NCBI GenBank assembly: GCA_028534125.1
Contig: CM052816.1
Span: forward strand, 52,268,001-52,332,000
DNA length: 64,000 nucleotides
Reading direction: 5' to 3'
Source: Lama glama
Lineage: Eukaryota
Part shown: piece after piece, positions 26,419 through 38,939 of the stretch
How positions within the stretch are numbered: the stretch's first letter is position 1
Layout of the letters: every line of letters begins with the position of its first letter
Program-made: the position numbers and the translations under genes
Notes under the pieces: model-generated
What the model was told of the DNA's origin: nothing
The model's input: only the letters and a program-made list of their open reading frames with translations
Database searches by the model: none

Positions 26419-28294
26419 ACCCAGGGACCAAACTGCCTCTCTAACAGCTTTTCTCCTAGCCCTCCTTACGTAGCTGTCCTCTCCACCTCGCAGTTCTAGC
26501 GCCTCCGGCTGCCGCCTCTTTCACAGATTCTCCGGGGTACAGGGCTTAGTTCTCCGCTCTGCCACCAATGACTGGAGGCACAGCCTTCTCAGGTTGGCTG
26601 AGTCATTTACAACTGGCCCATCTGCTTCCTGGCTTCCAAAATGTTGCTGTCGTCTTCTCTCTTTTTCCTGTATCTTTGTGAGTTTGTTTTTTAAAGCAAT
26701 CTTTAGTTTTAGGGGGTTTTAAGAAGGGGCAGAATTAGATGTGCGTGTTCTGCCATGTCACCCTTACTATAACCATCTGCTAAATTATTTTCCTAAAGTT
26801 TGGTTATCGTATCAGTGTAGAGCCCGATGTATGATAAATACCTGGGCTATTTTAAGCCTCTAGGTCTTTGCTCTCTACTCCTTTCTAAACTTTTTCTGTC
26901 TGCCAGTCTTTTGCAGTCTTCAAGACTTAGCTCAAATGGTTAGCCTCTGTGAAGCTCCCTTCCGTCCCCAAACCATTAAAGCCTGTTGTGTTCTCATAAC
27001 TTTAACTCATAACCAGTTGCTTATACAGTCTCTCTTCCAAACAGCTCTGTAAGCTCGTCAGGGCTCAGGCCCGTACCTTTGTAGCTCAGCGCCCAGCACA
27101 TGTTAGGAGGACTTATGGCTGTTTAACAGTGAAATTAATTTCTGTGTGTGTGTCTCTTTTCCTTTTTACTTGTTTCTGCTCTCTTCATCTCTCTTTTAAA
27201 AAGTCATATTTATTATCTACTCTATTATCTAATAGGAATTCATGTCCCATATTCTTAATTTTAAAAGTAAATGAGAAGAATAAATAATACTTCTCGATTT
27301 CTAAAAGCTACCCAATTAAATGAAATAGATTTAAATACTACATGAACTTTTATTTGATCTTTTACCCCAGCTCTAAGGACTGTTAGAAGACTAACATTTC
27401 CTTGGCTCTTGATAGACATAATTCTTACCACCTAATGAAATTATCTTTTGAATGAATTTGAATCTAAATTATTTAAATAAATTAAAAATGAATAATTTTC
27501 AGTTTTAATAAAATGTTTATAAAGTCTACATGTCTTTATTTCTAGCCTAGAAAACTCCTTTTTCAGAGAAAATGTACTGCTGTCAAAATTTAACCCACCA
27601 GTATGTTGCTAACCCCATAATCTAGTCAGTATATGATTTAAATAATGGAATCAGGAAAAATGCATGATCACATGCACACCATTCCTATCTCAGTGAGAAT
27701 TCCAGACATTGTGTCAGTTATTTTAACATTTTCTAGTCCAAATGTTTTTCATCTTTTAAGAAAAACATCACAATGCCCCTCAAACTGAAAATCTAGATCT
27801 TAGTTGCATTATTTAACTGAGGGACATGTTTAAGTAACTTAATGCTAAGAAGTTTTTTAAATTAAGCTATCGTAAACATGCTCTATTTCGGTTGATTCAG
27901 TTGCAATTACACAGAATTTTGGCTTTTTTGCTTAAATTTGCATTTTAATATCATTTATAAAAGTATTTTTCACAAGTAGAAAATAAGTGGATTATTGTTT
28001 AATTAATGTGAGATTTAGAGAAGTTCTAGGCTAGTGTTATATTCAATGAAGATTTTGAAAGTAAATTTTACCTTGTACTTCCCTAAAGGTTGTTACTATT
28101 AAAAAATTGTTTAAATTTTACAATTCACTATTTTGCTCCATATTTGTTAATAACATCTTATTTATGTCTTCTTCCTCTATACATATTTCAGAAATTAATT
28201 GTGAATAACATGAATATAAATTGGGCCATTGATTCTGGCTAACCTTTTGTTCTTCATCTTCTTTGATAACCAGTATTGATTCTGACTTCTGAAG

Positions 28295-29839
28295 ATGGAT
28301 GAAGGTGTAGAACTTTCTAGTGATGGAAATTCCCTGATCAAAGCGGTCCATCAGAGCCGGCTTCGCCTTACAAGACTCTTGCTGGAAGGTGGCGCCTACA
28401 TTAATGAGAGCAATGATCGTGGGGAAACACCTTTAATGATTGCTTGTAAGACCAAACATGTTGATCACCAGGGTGTCAGTAAAGCCAAAATGGTTAAATA
28501 CCTGTTAGAAAACAATGCTGATCCCAACATACAGGACAAATCTGGGAAAACTGCTTTGATGCACGCTTGCTTAGAAAAAGCTGGTCCTGAAGTTGTTTCT
28601 TTGCTCCTAAAGAGTGGGGCTGACCTCAGCTTGCAAGACCATTCTAGTTACTCGGCCCTTGTTTATGCCATAAATTCAGAAGACAGAGAGACCCTGAAAG
28701 TTTTACTTAGTGCTTGCAAGGCAAAAGGGAAAGAGGTCATTATCATAACAACAGCAAAATCGCCCTCTGGCAGGCACACGACCCAACAGTACTTAAATAT
28801 GCCTCCTGTGGATATAGATGGGGGTCATTCCCCAGCCACCTGTGCCACTCCTTCAAAAATAGACTTAAAAACAGTCTCATTGTCACGTTCACATTCTTCT
28901 GAAACTGAAATGACGCTTTTTGGCTCTAAAGATCTGGAGCCCTCAGGAAGCACTGATGATATGGGAGACCCAGTCTCCCCTGTGAGGAAGCCTGGTATGG
29001 CTCCTAACGGGCCCAAGCTACCTCAGGCTTCACCCTGGATCAAGAGTACCCCCTCATTAATGCACCAGAACAGAGTGGCCTCCTTACAAGAAGAGCTCCA
29101 GGATATTACTCCAGAGGAAGAATTATCCTACAAAATCAATGGGCTGGCACTTTCCAAGCGATTCATCACTAGGCACCAAAGTATTGATGTAAAAGACACT
29201 GCACATCTGCTAAGAGCCTTTGATCAGACCAGCTCAAGAAAGATGTCATACGATGAAATAAATTACCAAGCATTTTTTTCAGAAGGAAGTCAGCAATGCA
29301 TTGACATCCCAGTTAACCAGGACCCAGATTCTAACCAGACAATATGTGCTTCCACATTAAGAAATATAGTTCAGAAAAGAAACTCAGGAGCAAATCACTA
29401 CAGCTCTGATTCCCAGCTGTCAGCCGGTCTTACCCCTACAACTTTAGAAGATGGCAAAGCACTTACAGGAAAGAAAAAAATCCTGTCGACATCTCCTTCC
29501 CTGTTGTCAGGGTCCAAAGAGTTGTTGGAGAGTATCCCCCCAGGCCCCCTGAGCAGGAGAAATCATGCGCTTTTAGAAAGGCGTGGTTCTGGAGCATTTC
29601 CTTTAGATCACAGCATTACACAGACCAGACCAGGATTTCTGCCACCCTTAAATGTGAATCCTCACCCTCCCATCTCAGATATTAGTGTCAGTAACAAGAT
29701 GTCCAGCCTTCTTTCTTGTGGTCAAAAAGTGCTTATGCCAACAGTTCCTGTTTTCCCCAAAGAATTCAAAAGTAAAAAAACATTGCTAAGGAGACAATCA
29801 TTGCAAACAGAACAAATTAAGCAACTAGTTAATTTTTAA
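28295..29839 (+). CDS. ANKRD34B: Ankyrin repeat domain-containing protein 34B, single coding exon, 514 aa
   Basis: Uninterrupted 514-aa ORF with N-terminal ankyrin repeats (GETPLMIAC, GKTALMHAC, SALVYA) and C-terminus LLRRQSLQTEQIKQLVNF, recognised as ANKRD34B. Strong Kozak context GAAGATGG. Polypyrimidine tract and CAG acceptor end at 28273. FAM151B is its known neighbour. Confidence 0.97.
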   Translation: MDEGVELSSDGNSLIKAVHQSRLRLTRLLLEGGAYINESNDRGETPLMIACKTKHVDHQGVSKAKMVKYLLENNADPNIQDKSGKTALMHACLEKAGPEVVSLLLKSGADLSLQDHSSYSALVYAINSEDRETLKVLLSACKAKGKEVIIITTAKSPSGRHTTQQYLNMPPVDIDGGHSPATCATPSKIDLKTVSLSRSHSSETEMTLFGSKDLEPSGSTDDMGDPVSPVRKPGMAPNGPKLPQASPWIKSTPSLMHQNRVASLQEELQDITPEEELSYKINGLALSKRFITRHQSIDVKDTAHLLRAFDQTSSRKMSYDEINYQAFFSEGSQQCIDIPVNQDPDSNQTICASTLRNIVQKRNSGANHYSSDSQLSAGLTPTTLEDGKALTGKKKILSTSPSLLSGSKELLESIPPGPLSRRNHALLERRGSGAFPLDHSITQTRPGFLPPLNVNPHPPISDISVSNKMSSLLSCGQKVLMPTVPVFPKEFKSKKTLLRRQSLQTEQIKQLVNF

Positions 29840-31510
29840 GAGATGGCTAGAAAATACATTTTGTTCAAATGTCTATATCAGAGAACAATGGAACTAAAGA
29901 AGACAATTCAAATGTTCATCCTTCTAAACTTATAATTGGTTAGTCCACAATAGGGGTATCAAAATGTACCATGTATCATTGTATTAGGCACTGTGGATCT
30001 ACAGATAATATATAGTTTTTGCTAAGGGAATTCTCTCAAACAAAATTGAAGCTATTTTTCTCAAAACCTTCAATATCTAGCAACATCATGTGGTCCATAT
30101 TTTTAATTTAAACAAAAATACGCAAGGAAAGAAGGTCACATATGTTGGAGATAACTTTAAAAAATTTCATTTGCTAAATGTTTTATTAGGAAGCATTGCA
30201 TTCAAATCAATAGTTTTTAAAAAACATTTGAAGTCAATAAATAAGATTATAACTTTCCACGATGCCAACCCCATAGACGAAAACATTAACAGCTATAAAG
30301 TGTTCCATGATCAATAAACTTAAGCTATAAAGAAAGAATGAACTAATTCTTGAAAAATGCTGACTGCAGGTAGGTGACATCTAATTAAAATTTTAAAAGG
30401 TCAACCATTATAGTAGCCCATGCAGCTAATATTCATGTTGTCAGCTTAATCAGTGACAAAATGGGAGATTAGAGTTTTATAAACTAGTAATAATCTATCC
30501 CAAGTGTTTGTATGCTATTAGTTGCTTTGCTTTGTTTTTTTAATGTTAACTTATGGAATTACTTCTCTATATCTTTTAATTCCTGTTACTGTTTTTTGAA
30601 CACAGGGTTCCCAATAACAAGATAAATCAAAAGTTAAAAAGCATTTCTCATTTACTTATATCTAACTATTCTTGTCTTTCCTAAGGACACCAAAAAAAAA
30701 AAAGTTTGGGATTAATCACAAATAGAAATTAAATGCTTGCTTTGTCGTAAAAAGAAAAACTGGTTATTAGATTATCTTAGGTTAGCTAAAATTAAGAAAG
30801 CCAATAGAAATTTAATTATAAAATGTACTAAATATTTGGCCAGTGTTACACAATACCTTTTTATTTCTGATATATAATTATTAGACATTTGTATAATTAG
30901 AGTAATAAGGATGACTACCTTAATGTGACATTCCAATCATCTAGTGTTTAGGACCTGTGAATAACTTGTAACAAAATAAATGAATACCGTGCCATTACCA
31001 AAAAGTATTATAAAATGACTATATTATCTATGTGATTTCAAAATATGGTGTTTATACAGAGTCCTAATTTCAATCTAGCAGTTTAACAATAAAGATAAAT
31101 CAAACTATAGAAAACCATACAAACTATACAAAACCTGAGTGTATAATTTGATGACTGTCATACACAACTATTTCTCTGTCTTCTATCAGTAGAGGAGATC
31201 CTAGCAATTGGCATGATGCTTTTCTCTGTAACTTGATATAAGCAAGTTGTTATTTACGTAGTAATTATTTAATTTCTTGTGGCTTTTATTTGAAAAAAAA
31301 ACTGGAAGTTTTTCATTTAATGTTTCAAAGAACACTAATACTAATTGCACTAGAAGTTATTTTTTGACTCAGAACTTGGAATTGTACCTGATGTTAAAAA
31401 GTTAAACCCTTTTTGCAAGTTTTAATATTGAGGAAAGTTCTTGGCTTTAAGTTGTAAGGATACAGTTTGGAAGAATATGTAGCTAGACAGTTCATAAATG
31501 AAATGGTATC

Positions 31511-31516
31511 AATAAA
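31511..31516 (+). terminator. Candidate polyadenylation signal for ANKRD34B
   Basis: AATAAA about 1.7 kb after the stop, at the end of an AT-rich, repeat-poor 3'UTR-like stretch. Other AATAAA hexamers occur earlier (near 30236, 30313, 30975, 31088), so usage is unproven. Confidence 0.4.
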
Positions 31517-32314
31517 GATTTAAATGTCATTTTGATTATCACTGATAATTACTTCTCTCAAATACTAATGATAAATATTTCAACATAACCTTAAGAGAAA
31601 TTGTGCCACATGTTACTCTGAGAAGACACAAACTGAGAAAGATAACTTTTGTTGCTATTCTTATCCCAACATGAAAAAAAATATTTAATAGGATTAAAAC
31701 TTTGTTGGCCATATTTGGAAGAGTTTAGTCTTCTAACAATCCTGAGAACATCTTAGCAGTGGAGGTTGTTTGAGTTTGGTTAGTAAAGCCATCCTGTGGA
31801 ACTTCACTCCATTAAGAGGAATATATCACTAAGATCCCAATGGCAGAGATGTTTGCAACAGGAGTTATATATAACCTAAAAGTATGATTTAACTTAAGGG
31901 TATGATAACACTGCAGCCTAGATGTTCAGCTTTTCCCTAAATTTTCTGGATATGTCTCCTTATGGCAATTTCCTCTTTAGCCTCCTCTATTTGCGTTAAT
32001 TTGAGTAGGATTCTGTTACTGCACCTAAAATGTTTCTGACCAAGACTACTTAAAGCAGTATCAGTTGATCAAAATGGAAAACATCGTCCAGAAATAAGTT
32101 ATTAAAGGACTGCATGGCTCATGCACGTAAAGTTCTAACTCATAGGGCAGCTGTGGCACCTAGGATTCAGGATAAGGAATTATGAAAAGCTAGAAAACAT
32201 TATTTGATAAATTGGCAAGACAATGGCTATAATTATTCTCTTTCCCCTACAAAGTTCCAAATGGGTCATTCATTTTATACATCCCTTTTAACTTAAAAAC
32301 AACTTAAATACACT

Positions 32315-33210
32315 TCTGTACTGGGTTATGTGTATCAATGTTTACTACATTAAAAATTAAAACTGGGAAATTTAAAAAATATTCTTTTAAAATGACAAAC
32401 CCATTACATAGTAGCATAAATATTTCCCAAAAATATATTGAGAAGAGTGGCACTGTTTTTGTTTTTGCAGATCTTTTCATGTTTGGCTTAGTAGCAAACA
32501 GCTGTATTCTCTTCTATGTTTCTGCTTCAATCTGCTGTGATACGTTGTTTTAGTTGAAGTATATAAAGAAAATATGGCTTCACACAGATATGTAGTTGGA
32601 AAAGGAAGAAATAATTTAATAGGCTTTTCAGATAATTGTGGACAGTCTTCCTTGATACGATAGTCAAATTTGGCAAGTGGTAGTTTCTTAAATGGTTAGT
32701 TGTAATGTAGAATCTGAGACCACATCAAGGAACTTCGATATTCTATTACACTAAATCTCATTGCTCTGTCTTACACTTTGAATGCAAGATTTTATAATAC
32801 CATGCATAAGACATTTGGAAAATACTGATTCCCTGAGTTATGTAGATCTTCCAAGTGTTGACATGTTTCATTATATAACATAAAAAAACATTTTTTAAAA
32901 TATTACGTCTGATATCAGGTAAGTCTTTAAGTATTGGGAATGGTCAAGCTTACAGTTGGATGAGTTCGAGTTAAGTCAAATTCTGACTTTTCATGTAAAA
33001 GCTCAGGTTTCATCATTGGCAACAAATACTGTTAACTGTATTCCTTGAAGTGACAAGCTTGCTTTTGTTCATTTTTGAGAAAATACATGCCAGATACCCA
33101 AGACTAAGTAACTGGTCTGTCGGTTATTCTTCCAAGTAAATATTTTTTCCATGAAAAAATGGCTAGTTCAGTTTACCACAAGTACTTTTCTTGAAGACAA
33201 CCACTGAACT
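32315..33210. mobile_element. Charlie1-like hAT DNA transposon fossil between the two 3' ends
   Basis: GAGAAGAGTGGCACTGTTTT...CACACAGATATGTAGTTGGAAAAGG...GCTTTTCAGATAATTGTGGA resembles Charlie1 internal sequence. No ORF. Confidence 0.7.
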
Positions 33211-34349
33211 TAAGTTTTATGTGTTATTTGACAAATAGTATTGTGTTCAGTTGTAGCTAAAATTTAAAGTGGAAGTACAATTATTTTCCTTAAGTATTTA
33301 TATGTCTACAGAGTTTCAAGTTACATCTCTTACTGCTATCTATCCACCATGGATATGATCACATGATAAGTCTAAAAGAAGGGAACTATCTGTTGAGCAC
33401 TTGCTATGTGATGAGCACTGAGCTACATGCTTCCACTGCATGAGTCTCCCTTAATTTTCACACCAGTCCTACAAGAGAGTCCTCATTTCCCCCTCCCCTG
33501 TTTTATTAAAGAAATCAAGACTCAGTGAGGTTAAAAAATTCCCCAAATCTATGGCTAGTAAGGAACAAAGGTGGGGCTGTAAGGGAAGTCTGTCTGAATT
33601 CAAAACCCAAGCTCTTTTCTCTACATAGCACTACTTCATTCTCCGGGAGAAAACAGTTAAGTGTAAATTACATATCTTAGGACATCCATTGGTAAATTAC
33701 TTTTCAGTAAATCAAAGAAGCAAAATGTTTTTCTGAATACCTTGCTTAGGACTGTGCCAGGCACTGTAAAAGACAGTTTACAATGTTCCCTTACCATGAA
33801 GGAAGAACTTTAGAATCCAGTTGAGGAGATATAGCTAACACGTATGACACAATTAGTAAATAATATTACTTAAAATTAACTGTTAAAGTAGTATCTGGAG
33901 ACCACTGATGGTGTAGGCATTTTTGAAATGAAGGACTGTGTTGAGGACACTGCGTTGACTCTTAGAGTGGGAGTACATTACAAAGGACCTTGAAAGAGTA
34001 AAATTCAATAAACCTGAACTCAAGCCCCGGGAGATCTTTTTATGTGGCATAAAGAAAGAACTTTTTTGTTTACAAAGGTTATTTTTCAGCAGAAATACTC
34101 ACGGCATCTTTGAGTGTGAGAAATAAAGTCATGAAGAACTATTTTTTGAAATTCTAGTAGTAGAACAAGGGCCTGAACCAAGGTAGAGTTGGTGAGAAAC
34201 TTGAAAATCAAATATTACCAGGATTAAAATTTCTGCTCTCCAACAGCTTGTTCATTCTAGATAAGATACTATGATCAAAACAAGGAATATAAAAACATAT
34301 ATAGCTGCCAGCACACTCCCAACAATATAGAAATTCTAGATCCATCTAA

Positions 34350-34355
34350 TTTAAT
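34350..34355 (-). terminator. Candidate polyadenylation signal (ATTAAA) for FAM151B
   Basis: Nearest common signal hexamer on the minus strand, about 480 nt past the stop. I saw no minus-strand AATAAA until about 33502-33507. Confidence 0.3.
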
Positions 34356-34831
34356 CTATATATGGATTTGATTTTCTTACAAGAAAGCAGCTCACCCATG
34401 TGAAAGTTAAAAAAACTGTAAAAGCCTTTTTACTTACTCTTTTGTAGTCTCTGAAATAACCTATTCTCCAAGGAAAAAGGGAAGAGGATGCTGCATTTTT
34501 GTGAAATATCTGTAATGCTGGTGCCAACAAGATGTGACTTAATTCTTGTCTGACACATGGAGTATTTCAATTGCAGTATATCACAATTATTTTTATAAAA
34601 AGACTTAAAGCATCATTTTCATAAGTTATTATTAGACTAGGCCCACTGAAATCTCTTCTTTCCAAATCTTTTGTACAGTACGCCAAATAGAGTAAACACC
34701 TGATAAATGTTCTTTGATTGGATGAACTGGAACATAAATCAGTCACCACAATTTATATGTTAATTAATTCAGACCAAAGCAAAGAAGGATTGTGAAACCA
34801 AAACATGAAATAGTTTAGAATAATTTTCATC

Positions 34832-34991
34832 TTAGAGATTAATTTTGATTCCAATGGCTTGTTTAAATTCATGGTTTTGTGGCTCCAAGATATCATAGAA
34901 AACTTGTTTCTTGTCAAAATGGTCTCTAATAAAAAGTAAATCTTCAGTGGAATAGTTATCATCTTTTCCAGTCCACACAGTCAGGCTGTAC
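34832..34991 (-). CDS. FAM151B: FAM151B coding exon 6 (YSLTVWTGKDDNYSTEDLLFIRDHFDKKQVFYDILEPQNHEFKQAIGIKINL*)
   Basis: 160 nt from a TAG acceptor to TAA at 34834-34832. The six exons sum to 831 nt, i.e. 276 aa plus stop, with no internal stop seen. Confidence 0.95.
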
Positions 34992-36647
34992 CTACATTAA
35001 GATAAAACAGAATTACACAGTTAAAAGAGAAAGGTAAGAAATAGTGAATAAGCCTAAAAATAGTTACTCTCATTTGTCTCTAACCCAAATTCACACAGAT
35101 GAAAAAGTTAATTAGCAATGGTGGAACTATATTTTCCTGTTTCATTCTTTTATCAACATCAAAGGGACTGGAGAGAATAAAATTCACAATGCTGATGCCT
35201 AAATTAGGTACCTGCAGTATCTGAATTATAGGAATGTTAAATAGCTTTAGAAACCCAGGCTAGCAGCATTGGAAATGGTTCCAATTTTGGACAAAAGAAC
35301 TGAGAAGACTGCTGATCAAGGAATCTGTTCCCTGCAAAAAACCCACAGCTCTACTCTGGTTTCTTCAGGAGCCAGGCCAGAGCAAAAGCCTGACTGGAAG
35401 GGACAGTGAAGAGACACAAATGTTACTGACGTTCCCCATTCATATTCACTTATAAATGACCCTGCTATCCTTTCTGGGGGTTTCTGTATGAGACACAAGA
35501 ATGCCAAACAGAGCAAATCTAGTTCTATTTCCAGAGTTAAAAAACAATAATAATATATGCAGATTTATTATGGATGTAAGAATATGCTCAGAATTTTCAT
35601 GTTATTTAAATTGTGTATTTCCATTCCTTCCTGTGACATTACTATCACATTACTCCTATTACATTAGAGTTTAGGAAAATGCAAAGCTGTTAAGTAGTTT
35701 CATATTTATTTTCTCCATAAACATGTCAGAATTCAGGGGAAAATCTGCAAAGCATTTCTTCTATTAACTATAAGAAACAGTCTGCCAATGCTTACACTCT
35801 TGTTATAGTGACATATTCCTGCCCTTAAGGACGATGACACCATTCTGGAAATGTAACAGAGAAAAGTACTTTGGATTTTATTCTATAGTATTATTATGTG
35901 ACAAGCTCAAAAGAATTTTAAACTATAGCTGAGAACAAAGAAAAGAAAAAATGAGAATTACTTCAAAAACTTGTATTTTTGCTAAGATGGCATCTTTACT
36001 ACTTTATTTCGGCACAATGGTGACAAACCTTATAAAAAGACACAGATAGGAATTTAGGTTAAAAGAAGAGCTTTCCAGTGTTATGTTGCTTCTTTTAATC
36101 CCCCCTCTACCATATTTAAACTAAGACAGGAAAAATAAAATTGCCTAAGGGTATCTTAAATTGCATTCATTCAAATCAATTCTCAGGTTTCATTTTTAAA
36201 GCCCTTTTCATTGTCAAATAGGAAAACATGCATAAAACATTAACTGTAAACACTTCAACAAGTTATTATAAAATGAACTCCAGTGTAACCAAAACACAAA
36301 TCAAGAAACAGAACATTGCCAACACCTCGCGAGACACCTGTATGTCACTGCCCCAACACCACCTCACCTCTCCCTTGAAGGAGTCCTCACAACCTTGACT
36401 TTTGGGCAGCCATCTTCCTGCTTTTTTTTTTTTTAACCACCTATATATCCGTCCTAAAAGATACAGCTTAATTTTTGCCTGTTAATGAATTCTACATAAT
36501 TGGAATCATTTGGTATGTACTTTTTTTGGGTCTTGCTTCTTTTGCAGAACATTGTTTGAGAAATTTATCCAAGTTGAAACAGGTAGCTGTGGTTTATTTA
36601 TTTTCTTTGGAAAGCAGTTTAGCAGTGTGTACTAAAGTTGAAAATAT

Positions 36648-36770
36648 GGGGGAGAAGGATATACCTCAATGTAGAGGTCCCAGGTATAATCCCCAGCACT
36701 GCCATTAAAATAATAAATAAGTAAACCTAATTACCTCCCCTCCAAAAAAACAAACAAAAAGAAAAAAAAA
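36648..36770 (+). mobile_element. tRNA-derived SINE (Vic-1-like), internally deleted, inserted in an old L1 fragment
   Basis: Same head and tail as the other copies, lacking about 20 nt between the A and B boxes. TSD AAAATATG at 36641-36648 and 36767-36774. Confidence 0.75.
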
Positions 36771-37934
36771 TATGAATACCCCATGACCTAGAGATTCTAC
36801 TTCTCAAACTTCCTCTCTGATACAACCTTTATAAATGCAGGCACACGTGTACCAGGATATGTGTGTGTACACACATTTATATGAATGTTCACAGCAGCTA
36901 TTTTTGTAATAACTCAAATCATGAAATAATCCAAATGTCATTCAACAGTAAAACAAATTGTGACATGCAAATAATAGAATATAGAATTAATTATAAATTC
37001 TGGATTAGAGCCCTTTTGAGTCACAAAAATCTTGCCCAGCTTTGTGCCTAAACTGTACATGTTCTTCATGGTATCTTTTCACAGAAAGAATTCCCAGATT
37101 TTAATGAATTCAAATTACTCAAACATATCCTTTATGGCTAGTGATTTTTGAGTCTTGTTTAAGAATTCTTTCCCATCCTCAATGTTATGAAGATTTCACT
37201 ACTGATATATTCCATTAAAACTTAGTTGTTTACCTTTCATATTAAAAAAAAGACTCTGAAAAAGATAAAGTTAAGAGAAACCCAAAATCAGGGATAGAGT
37301 CCGTGAGGCCAAAGAACCAGGGAGTTTCAAACTGAAGAGGGTGACCAGCAGTACGTAAATGTTGCAGAGGTTAAGAATTTGGCTTGAACAAAGTATGATC
37401 TTCAAATGAGAAATTTCAGGAGAGTAATTAACTACATAGTAAGGGGAAAGTGAGGAAGTTGAGGAAGCAGATAATTAAAGAAATGGGATTGTAGGATCAT
37501 CCTATTTGAACATGGCAGCCTGAAGTCAGCATTGCCTCCTTTTCCTCCTAGGGTCACTCCAAAGTAACAAAAAGAACAAAAGACTGAAAATAGACACTTT
37601 ATCTTCAATGAAGTTAAGAAACAGAAACTGCAAATTACAAAAACAGGTGACAAGATTTCCAACAGCAACAGAAATTAAGGGCAGATGGGCATGGAGGTGG
37701 AGAGAGTTTGCTCAGGTATGCAGATTACAGAGAAAGCCTGTAACAAGACACTTCTAGACGAGAGTCATACCCACCTAAACACTGCATATTAGGAATGGGA
37801 TCCTTGAACTACAAGTGGGAGCTTTCCTGGATTAGATTTGGTCTCAAGAAGCAGTGGAAACAAAGAGAACAGGGAAGCCATAGTGGTAGGAATCAGACTG
37901 TTCTTGTGAAAACCCAAAATATTAAATTTAAGAG

Positions 37935-38380
37935 ATAGATGAGCATTGGATCTGTAGATTTCTTTGGGTAGTATGGCCATTTTGATAATGTTGATTCTTC
38001 CAATCCAAGAGCACAAGATATCTTTCCATTTCTTTGTATCATCTTCAATTTCCTTCCATCAAGGTTTACAGTTTTCAGACTATAGGTAACCTCCTTGGTT
38101 AAGTTTATTTCTAGGTATTTTGTTGTTTTTGATGCAATGGAAATGTATATGCCAGTTATAAAATTCTGTTTTTTAAAGTGAAAAAAAAAAACTGAACGAA
38201 GGGCTGCAAATGGCAAAATTTCCTTCTTTCTTATGGGTGAGTTGTATTCCATTACATATATATGCTGCATCTTCTTTATCCATTCATCTGTTGATGTGCA
38301 CTTAGGATGCTTCCATATCTTGGCAATTATAAATAACGCTGCTATTAATAGTGGAGTGTATGTATCTTTTTGAATTAATC
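37935..38380 (-). mobile_element. Two LINE-1 fragments (ORF2 piece and ORF2-end/3'UTR piece)
   Basis: Translation [24 protein letters not shown] (ORF2) at about 37935-38126 and L1 3'UTR sequence at about 38203-38380. Confidence 0.85.
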
Positions 38381-38939
38381 CTTATTTTGTGGTTGGCTTT
38401 ATTCCTTTGATAACTATGTAAGTTTAAAAAGCTAAAGCTCTAAATGTTCTTAGAAACAATGAATAGTACATATGTGTAAATTTTAAAAATATGTGCAGTA
38501 TATTGTGTATATGTATTTACATGCAATGTATTGTATATGTGCAGTCAAATTGTAAGAATTCTACCTAATAAAACTGAGCAATGAAAAAAAAAAGAGAGAG
38601 AGAGACGAAGAATCTTAGAGATGCCACAACTGCCTATCTCCATTGACTGGGGAAAAGTTAAAGGCTAAAGTCACATGTAAGACTCTCTGAGTCATAAGGA
38701 GCACAGTCCCCATCCGTCTCCACTATAAACTTTGGGCAAGTAGATGGTCTAAAATAAAAACCTCTCTTTAAGCAGAGTAGTCAAAATAAATCTTGCAGAG
38801 ATTTTATACACGAGAGTGTGAGAAAATATAAGGAAAAACAAATGACAAATGGAGAAATAAAAACCTCATTTTTAAAAAACTATCAGATAGCTAAAACAGT
38901 AAAACTTAAAAAAAAAGCCACAAAACAGATGAAAGCCAT

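Noticed and set aside
28118..29016. Short ORFs antisense to or out of frame with ANKRD34B
   Set aside because: Shadow ORFs of the real CDS with no independent support.
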